64,000 nt of DNA. Source: Balanoglossus misakiensis (taxonomy: Eukaryota; Animalia; Hemichordata). The notes beneath the pieces are model-generated. The model was given only the letters and a program-made list of their open reading frames with translations, was not told the DNA's origin and ran no database searches. Position numbers and translations under genes: made by a program. The stretch spans positions 2,245,908 through 2,309,907 of the forward strand of contig CM082579.2 in assembly GCA_040954595.2 (NCBI GenBank), given 5' to 3'. Positions 55,722 through 64,000 of this stretch are shown piece by piece (position 1 is the first letter of the stretch; each line of letters starts with the position of its first letter).

Positions 55722-56387
55722 TTAATCGTTTTTTGCTTCACCGACACTCGATTGTCCCTGCATCCGTTCATTGGCTTCCATCCACACCAGACATTTCTCC
55801 ACCGACGCCCTCTTCATCTCGGCGGAGATCTCGTCGTCTGTCGGCTGTGTCACATAATCGGGCGGCTCGTCGGCGACCACCACCTCCACCGTCTCCATGG
55901 CGGAAACCACCTTGCCTCCGCCGATTGCACGTATATGTCCCCGGGCGGTTTTTATGACGTGTTGGTTGAGTATGTCTGCGTCTTCGATCGTTAGAACGTC
56001 CCGCTCAGGCCCGCTGCACGGCGAAAACTGGTCATAAATGTCCGCCATTTTACAGCTTGTGTCCGATTTAGGCCGGCTGTGTACATCGTCTCCGTTGTGT
56101 TCATTTTTCTGATCCACATTGTCATCACAAGATTCAGACCGTGCACTTTTTGACGAATTCGGTTCAGCACCGCTTTCAGTGAGTTTATTGGACACCACTC
56201 GATTTTCCGAGCTCGGAACACTTTCTTTTCCGGCGACTTCGTCCGCCTTCGTCGATTGCATCGCTTCTCGCGCTTCGGGTGACAGAGTATCCGCAAACGG
56301 ACGGCCGGGCTTCTTCCTGGCTGCCGTCACCCTGTGTTGATGCGACTTCTTCATATTCCGCATGTCCGCAGGTTTTCTTCTCGCCAT
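55722..56387 (-). CDS. Uncharacterised intronless protein of about 221 aa
   Basis: Long open frame (to 56456) with ATG in TCCATGG context at 56387; GC-richer than flanks; natural-looking composition with basic N-terminus, disordered middle and C-terminal helix EMKRASVEKCLVWMEAN. No family recognised. Confidence 0.6.
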   Translation of the reverse strand: MARRKPADMRNMKKSHQHRVTAARKKPGRPFADTLSPEAREAMQSTKADEVAGKESVPSSENRVVSNKLTESGAEPNSSKSARSESCDDNVDQKNEHNGDDVHSRPKSDTSCKMADIYDQFSPCSGPERDVLTIEDADILNQHVIKTARGHIRAIGGGKVVSAMETVEVVVADEPPDYVTQPTDDEISAEMKRASVEKCLVWMEANERMQGQSSVGEAKND

Positions 56388-57914
56388 GGACAAAATACTC
56401 GGGTAGGCAAAGCCGGCACCACGCTGTATTGCGTTGCACTGCATAGCTCCGTCCATGCGAAGGTACTACTCCGCGACCGACCGACCGTCTCTCTCGGGCA
56501 GCCGGGCGCACTTAAGGCTGAGAGATTGTCAATACCACCGAGTGTCTTTCCCCATATTTAACTTCTTCCCAACAATTACACTACAGTCAAAAGTAACGGA
56601 AATCACTCGCTGGTCGTGATGAACGTCACCGTTGAATATCCGGGCAGTGAGACGCTGAACCGTTCGCAGTCATGACTCGCGGCGATTCTGATGTAAACTC
56701 AGGAGAATCGAGGACTCAATGGACAGTGCCGTTTACTATACTCCCTCCCTGGACAGGACGGCTCTATCAACAGATGCGCGTTTCAAACCATAATAAAGTG
56801 ACTTATACACTTATGAAAGGTAACGCAGACAAAGTCCCACAATTTGCAGAGATATATTCAAACTAGAAACGCAAAAGAAATATTTAAAATGAAAATTCTT
56901 CAGGTATGTCATGCAGCGTAATGCTGGTAAACGGAACAGCCTAGAAACAAATCAATAGAAGCCGGTAATATGACAAAGGCTTGATCAAACCTTTCTGAAC
57001 TCTAAAGTTACATATCAACAGTTGTGTGTATTGAACATACCGATGCAACCTTGATGACGAACAAAAAAATGTTGTCTCTTAATTATGATATTAGTACCTT
57101 GAAAACATATCGCCAAGTTCTTCCCCCTTTTCGAGTTTTTGTAATTGGTTGTTCGAGGGAAACATTCCAATTCTCATCCGATTAAGCTGCATGTATACAA
57201 TGCATTGTGCTTGGCGATAAAGCATTCCCCTTTTTACTTGTGTCAAGCGATCAACAGGTAATATACACTTGTGTTCAAAAAAACTTGTCAGCTCTATTTA
57301 AACACGTACAGAGTCCGGCCAGCGCGATTTGCATCAGAATACAAGGCGGCCCTCAGACTAACAACAGACGTCTGGTTTGTAGAACTCCTCATCGTTTTAA
57401 TATACATGTGTCAGGCAAAGTTTTTAATTTTGAAACTCTGTTTCTCGCTAGCTCTCTGATACAGCTCCCATACCCGTTTGTCCAAACCAAAGAATAACAA
57501 AATGCTGATGACGTCATTAATATCTCGAGGCTAATAGCTTCGGCTTTGATCGGAAATCCTGGAATAGTCTACCCAAGACTAAGTGTCCCACTCGGCACGA
57601 TCTCCCAAATCGATAAACTATTCTTGGAGTATAACGGTGAGAACCGTTATGTATACTTTGAATAATTTATGAAGCGCAATTCATCCCGAGGGTTGTTGGC
57701 CCGGCACTGTACCGCGGCACCCCAGCTCCAAAAGGTCGAGTGACCAGATGATGTCATTCGCTGATATCGTGACCCGGGGCTGTCTCACACGTGATGCAAG
57801 AGTTTGTCAATAGTGAGTTTTGTAAGTTGCCGAAGTGGACGGTTCAAGCCACGTCGATGAAAACGTGAACTTTTGAGAGCACTGAAGTAAACGTTTTAAG
57901 TGAAAAATCGCCAT

Positions 57915-57916
<2 letters not shown>

Positions 57917-57995
<79 letters not shown>

Positions 57996-58120
57996 GAGAG
58001 ACAGAGAGACAGAGACAGAGACAGACAGACAGACAGACAGACAGAGAGTACAGAGAAAGAGAAACAAAGAGAGACAGATAGAGGGAGGGAGACAGAGAAA
58101 GAGAGAGGGGGGGGGGGGGA
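57917..58120. repeat. Compound (GA)n/(GACA)n/(GAGACA)n microsatellite
   Basis: Direct inspection; ends in a G-run. Confidence 0.95.
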
Positions 58121-58548
58121 TACAGAACAGAGAGGGTCACCCATTTGTGTTTTCTCAATTTTCCTAACTCTATGGTGTTTTGTTGTGAACACGAAAGTAC
58201 GAAAGTAAAACGTTTTGTATTGCAGCCTCCCAGAGCAAACATCAAATATTTAATTTGAGTGGATTTGAAAAGTCGATGACCAGGTTCCTTTGTGTGAGTG
58301 AGCTGTATTGGAATTTTGTTTTAGTGTGACTGTATGTTGCCCACATTCCACGCGAGTTCTGAAGCTCTTTACGCTATTCTACATAGTTTCTTAAGAGTGA
58401 AAATCAGCCAATTTTACATTTGGACGAAATGGATCTATAAACAAGTCATGAAAATTCTTTGTGTGTACATGTACCACAGTATGACTTAGCATTTCTAATG
58501 TTCTACCCAACAACGCGCACTACAGTCCGAAGGAGAACGTAAATTTGA

Positions 58549-58564
58549 CCAATAGAGGGCGTCA
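58549..58564 (+). promoter_or_regulatory. CTCF-like motif upstream of the tandem array
   Basis: CCAATAGAGGGCGTCA resembles the CTCF core. Confidence 0.35.
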
Positions 58565-59645
58565 GTCGGAGTTCGTTTCAGTGTACAATGTATTGTGTGA
58601 TTCGTAAACGTCCACGGGAATACAAAATTTCATGAGATATTTTCATGGGAAGAATTTAGGGACGTAATTCTAAAATAGCTTGGTATTTAATTTTATAGGG
58701 TGTTAACTTGAAACTGTGATAAATCAAAACACATGACCGCGTTACCTTAATTGCAATGGTATTTTATTTGCTTTAGTAGTGATCACATACAGAGGGCTGC
58801 CTCATTGGATGTCAAGTTCACCAAAGCCAAAAGCATTCGAAAGTTTAATATTAGTAAAACGGAACTCATAAATAATTGTATTCAAACACTAGTAAGAACA
58901 CTTATAATTATGTGCGTTTCAATGTTTTTTTTAAAGATGCACAAATGCATCCACCTGTAATTTCAATTCTCAGTAATGGGCAAGTAAATATTTACTGCCA
59001 GATCAACGTGATTGTTCTTCTGTGGTCTGAGGGGCGCTGTAGGCATGGAACTGAAAATACTACATGTATATCGTTGTTTTTCTTCCGAAGCAATTCAAAA
59101 TAGTAGGGAGCTTTACAAATAGATATTACGACTGACATTTAACCGACTGTAATGTAGTGAGGTAACTGAACTTGAAGACCCCCAGCTCAATAATCAATAT
59201 CACACTATTTGTATCTCGAAATACAGTTATAGTATAAAACGTAATGTCGCCAAATATTGACATTGCCAGGCTCTTCACATCACCGGATGTACGTCCGGCG
59301 TTTGAGAGTCATTTCAAACTTTCATTTGGTAGTTTAAATATTATATCGGTAATCAAAGTCTTTGAGGCTTGGTTTCAAAATGTCTGCTGAAAACGCTTGA
59401 GAAGGCCTATAGGAGTCCGTGGCTAATTGCGGCCAAATGAAACCTCTATAATACAGACCAACCGATTGACGTTGTTTCGGTCTGTTCCGAATACCAAACC
59501 ACTATAACGTATTCACTTTCTAAATTGTCGAGTGAATCTCCAAGTTGGCATTTTGCTGTATTTTGCCAAACCTTTCCCGGCCTCTGTTTTTTGTGTCCTT
59601 TTTCCTCGTATTTTTATGAAATGCTCAATACAAATTATAAAAAAC

Positions 59646-62600
59646 TGCGGTAAATTTCCGACGTTTTCGTGTACACATCGTGATGGCGAAGGGTTCAGGA
59701 AGGCTAGGCTTTTACCTGAAGGTGTCAACTGATGTTGGTTCGAGACCACTTTTTTTCTATTTCTTTTTTTGGAGAACTTTTAACGACATTATCATTGTAA
59801 TTTTTATCATTTTCATAAATCCAATTCATTTCAATATCTACGCTGCGTTTTTTATCTGTCGGGTATAAGAAACATGCAGGGAAACTTGGTCATTTTTTTG
59901 TCGCGGTTCACTTGGGCAAGTCTGAATACGGAGTGCTCAGGAGAGAGAAAGATAAACTCGCTTAAACCGTGTCTTTCCGTCCGCATGACCAACCAAGGAG
60001 CATAAAGGTCGTTATTTGGGCCGTAATAAAACGTTTTTGTCGTCGAGGAGTGAATAAAGAACATTGCGGAACCATGAACTCTTATTTGCACCGCGGCGGT
60101 GCAAACTCTTATTTGCACCGCTGCGGTGCAAATAAGAATTTGCACCGCTGCGGTGCAAATAAGCTCATGGTAGTTATGCTGCAATATAGTGCGGTAAATT
60201 TCCAACGGTTTCGAGTACACATCTTAATGGCGAAGGGCTCAGGAAGGCTAGGCTTTTACCTGAAGGCGTCAACTGATGTTGGTTCGAGACCACTTTTTTT
60301 CTATTTCTTTTTTTTGGAGAACTTTTAACGACATTATCATTGTAATTTTTATTTTTAGGACGACTAAATTTTTATTTTATTTTTTGTCGTCGAGGAGTGA
60401 ATAAAGAATGGTCAGATCGTTGCGGTGCAAGGAACTCTTATTTGCACCGCAGCGGAGCGAACTCTTATTTGCACCGCTGCGGTGCAAATAAGAATTTGCA
60501 CCGCTGCGGTGCAAATAAGCTCATGGTAGTTATGCTGCAATATAGTGCGGTAAATTTCCAACGGTTTCGAGTACACATCTTGATGGCGAAGGGCTCAGGA
60601 AGGCTAGGCTTTTACCTGAAGGTGTCAACTGATGTTGGTTCGAGACCACTTTTTTTCTATTTCTTTTTTTTTGAGAACTTTTAACGACATTATCATTGTA
60701 ATTTTTATTTTTAGGACGACTAAATTTTTATTTTATTTTTTGTCGTCGAGGAGTGAATAAAGAACGGTCAGATCGTTGCGGTGCAAGGAACTCTTATTTG
60801 CACCGCAGCGGAGCGAACTCTTATTTGCACCGCTGCGGTGCAAATAAGAATTTGCACCGCTGCGGTGCAAATAAGCTCATGGTAGTTATACTGCAATATA
60901 GTGCGGTAAATTTCCAACGGTTTCGAGTACACATCTTGATTGCGAAGGGCTCAGGAAGGCTAGGCTTTTACCTGAAGGTGTCAACTGATGTTGGTTCGAG
61001 ACCACTTTTTTTCTATTTCTTTTTTTTTTTGAGAACTTTTAACGACATTATCATTGTAATTTTTATTTTTAGGACGACTAAATTTTTATTTTATTTTTTG
61101 TCGTCGAGGAGTGAATAAAGAACGGTCAGATCGTTGCGGTGCAAGGAACTCTTATTTGCACCGCAGCGGAGCGAACTCTTATTTGCACCGCTGCGGTGCA
61201 AATAAGAATTTGCACCGCTGCGGTGCAAATAAGCTCATGGTAGTTATACTGCAATATAGTGCGGTAAATTTCCAACGGTTTCGAGTACACATCTTGATTG
61301 CGAAGGGCTCAGGAAGGCTAGGCTTTTACCTGAAGGTGTCAACTGATGTTGGTTCGAGACCACTTTTTTTCTATTTCTTTTTTTTTTGAGAACTTTTAAC
61401 GACATTATCATTGTAATTTTTATTTTTAGGACGACTAAATTTTTATTTTATTTTTTGTCGTCGAGGAGTGAATAAAGAACGGTCAGATCGTTGCGGTGCA
61501 AGGAACTCTTATTTGCACCGCAGCGGAGCGAACTCTTATTTGCACCGCTGCGGTGCAAATAAGAATTTGCACCGCTGCGGTGCAAATAAGCTCATGGTAG
61601 TTATGCTGCAATATAGTGCGGTAAATTTCCAACGGTTTCGAGTACACATCTTGATGGCGAAGGGCTCAGGAAGGCTAGGCTTTTACCTGAAGGTGTCAAC
61701 TGATGTTGGTTCGAGACCACTTTTTTCTATTTCTTTTTTTTTGAGAACTTTTAACGACATTATCATTGTAATTTTTATTTTTAGGACGACTAAATTTTTA
61801 TTTTATTTTTTGTCGTCGAGGAGTGAATAAAGAACGGTCAGATCGTTGCGGTGCAAGGAACTCTTATTTGCACCGCAGCGGAGCGAACTCTTATTTGCAC
61901 CGCTGCGGTGCAAATAAGAATTTGCACCGCTGCGGTGCAAATAAGCTCATGGTAGTTATGCTGCAATATAGTGCGGTAAATTTCCAACGGTTTCGAGTAC
62001 ACATCTTGATGGCGAAGGGCTCAGGAAGGCTAGGCTTTTACCTGAAGGTGTCAACTGATGTTGGTTCGAGACCACTTTTTTTCTATTTCTTTTTTTTGAG
62101 AACTTTTAACGACATTATCATTGTAATTTTTATTTTTAGGACGACTAAATTTTTATTTTATTTTTTGTCGTCGAGGAGTGAATAAAGAACGGTCAGATCG
62201 TTGCGGTGCAAGGAACTCTTATTTTCACCGCAGCGGAGCGAACTCTTATTTGCACCGCTGCGGTGCAAATAAGAATTTGCACCGCTGCGGTGCAAATAAG
62301 CTCATGGTAGTTATGCTGCAATATAGTGCGGTAAATTTCCAACGGTTTCGAGTACACATCTTGATGGCGAAGGGCTCAGGAAGGCTAGGCTTTTACCTGA
62401 AGGTGTCAACTGATGTTGGTTCGAGACCACTTTTTTTCTATTTCTTTTTTTTTGAGAACTTTTAACGACATTATCATTGTAATTTTTATTTTTAGGACGA
62501 CTAAATTTTTATTTTATTTTTTGTCGTCGAGGAGTGAATAAAGAACGGTGAGATCGTTGCGGTGCAAGGAACTCTTATTTTCACCGCAGCGGAGCGAACT

Positions 62601-64000
62601 CTTATTTGCACCGCTGCGGTGCAAATAAGAAATTGCACCGCTGCGGTGCAAATAAGCTCATGGTAGTTATGCTGCAATATAGTGCGGTAAATTTCCAACG
62701 GTTTTGAGCACACATCTTGATGGCGAAGGGCTCAGGAAGGCTAGGCTTTTACCTGAAGGTGTCAACTGATGTTGGTTCGAGACCACTTTTTTTCTATTTC
62801 TTTTTTTTGGAGAACTTTTAACGACATTATCATTGTAATTTTTATCATTTTCATAAATCCAATTCATTTCAATATCTACGCTGCGTTTTTTATCTGTCGG
62901 GTATAAGAAACATGCAGGGAAACTTGGTCATTTTTTTTTGTCGCGGTTCACTTGGGCAAGTCTGAATACGGAGTGCTCAGGAGAGAGAAAGATAAACTCG
63001 CTAAAACCGTGTCTTTCCGTCCGCATGACCAACCAAGGAGCGAAAAAGTCGTTATTTGGGCCGTAATAAAACGTTTTTGTCGTTGAGGAGTGAATAAAGA
63101 ACATTGCGGAACAAGGAACTCTTATTTGCACCGCGGCGGTGCAAACTCTTATTTGCACCGCTGCGGTGCAAATAAGAAATTGCACCGCTGCGGTGCAAAT
63201 AAGCTCATGGTAGTTATGCTGCAATATAGTGCGGTAAATTTCCAACGGTTTCGAGTACACATCTTGATGGCGAAGGGCTCAGGAAGGCTAGGCTTTTACC
63301 TGAAGGTGTCGACTGATGTTGGTTCGAGACCACTTTTTTCTATTTCTTTATTTTGGAGAACTTTTAACGACATTATCATTGTAATTTTTATCATTTTCAT
63401 AAATCCAATTCATTTCAATATCTACGCTGCGTTTTTTATCTGTCGGGTATAAGAAACATGCAGGGAAACTTGGTCATTTTTTTGTCGCGGTTCACTTGGG
63501 CAAGTCTGAATACGGAGTGCTCAGGAGAGAGAATGATAAACTCGCTTAAACCGTGTCTTTCCGTCCGCATGACCAACCAAGGAGCGAAAAAGTCGTTATT
63601 TGGGCCGTAATAAAACGTTTTTGTCGTTGAGGAGTGAATAAAGAACATTGCGGAACAAGGAACTCTTATTTGCACCGCGGCGGTGCAAACTCTTATTTGC
63701 ACCGCTGCGGTGCAAATAAGAAATTGCACCGCTGCGGTGCAAATAAGCTCATGGTAGTTATGCTGCAATATAGTGCGGTAAATTTCCAACGGTTTCGAGT
63801 ACACATCTTGATGGCGAAGGGCTCAGGAAGGCTAGGCTTTTACCTGAAGGTGTCGACTGATGTTGGTTCGAGACCACTTTTTTCTATTTCTTTATTTTGG
63901 AGAACTTTTAACGACATTATCATTGTAATTTTTATCATTTTCATAAATCCAATTCATTTCAATATCTACGCTGCGTTTTTTATCTGTCGGGTATAAGAAA
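59646..64000. repeat. Tandem array with two unit types (about 545 bp long, about 356 bp short), running off the window end
   Basis: GGTTCGAGACC recurs at about 59737, 60281, 60637, 60993, 61351, 61708, 62063, 62418, 62774, 63321, 63865: spacings 544, then seven of 355-358, then 547 and 544. Confidence 0.98.
60228..60300 (+). other. Degenerate tRNA-like Pol III cassette (one representative of 11 copies)
   Basis: TGGCGAAGGGCTCAGGAAGG (A-box/D-arm-like), GGTTCGAGACC (B-box consensus in a T-arm-like stem) and an immediate T7-8 run; no acceptor stem or CCA end. Confidence 0.5.

Noticed and set aside
57826-57856. tRNA fragment around GGTTCAAGCC
   Set aside because: Isolated B-box-like word without A box or cloverleaf.
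57807-58245. ER-rich and SL-rich ORFs
   Set aside because: Translations of the GA/GACA microsatellite.
60228-60300. Functional tRNA gene
   Set aside because: No acceptor stem and a poor anticodon stem; kept only as tRNA-like.
59852-63996. Repeated 92-122 aa ORFs in the array
   Set aside because: The plus-strand ORFs mostly begin at GTG, lengths shift with T-run slippage, and no family motif is visible; they are by-products of the repeat.
59646-64000. CRISPR array, suggested by palindromic repeats
   Set aside because: Sequences between palindromes are identical rather than unique spacers, the context is eukaryotic and no cas genes are present.
59646-64000. Retrozyme with hammerhead or HDV-like ribozyme
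   Set aside because: Unit size fits, but I found no CTGANGA core on either strand (only CTGATGT, CTGAAGG, CTGAGCC) and could not build an HDV double pseudoknot around GGCGAA.

Overview
Eukaryotic (invertebrate animal, probably lophotrochozoan; taxon is an inference) genomic DNA with compact GT-AG intron genes. Positions 1-41 kb are a dense, CpG-poor housekeeping block: a proline-rich adaptor (SH3D19-like, with DPF repeats), the head-to-head pair RRP8/ILK, the head-to-head pair VAMP7/POLR1D, RAB9, the divergent pair ADCK2/MMAA, and GSTCD. Positions 41-59 kb are visibly CpG-richer and hold a secreted PAN-EGF-F-type-lectin mosaic gene, a MARCH-type RINGv ligase, RPL31 (with a candidate intronic H/ACA RNA) and an unassigned intronless ORF. 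From about 59.64 kb to the window end is a near-identical tandem array built from two unit types (about 356 and 545 bp). Each unit pairs a cluster of perfect palindromes with a degenerate tRNA-like Pol III A/B-box cassette ending in a T-run; this is the least explained structure in the window. All exon models were assembled by eye and product names come from recalled family motifs, not from searches.
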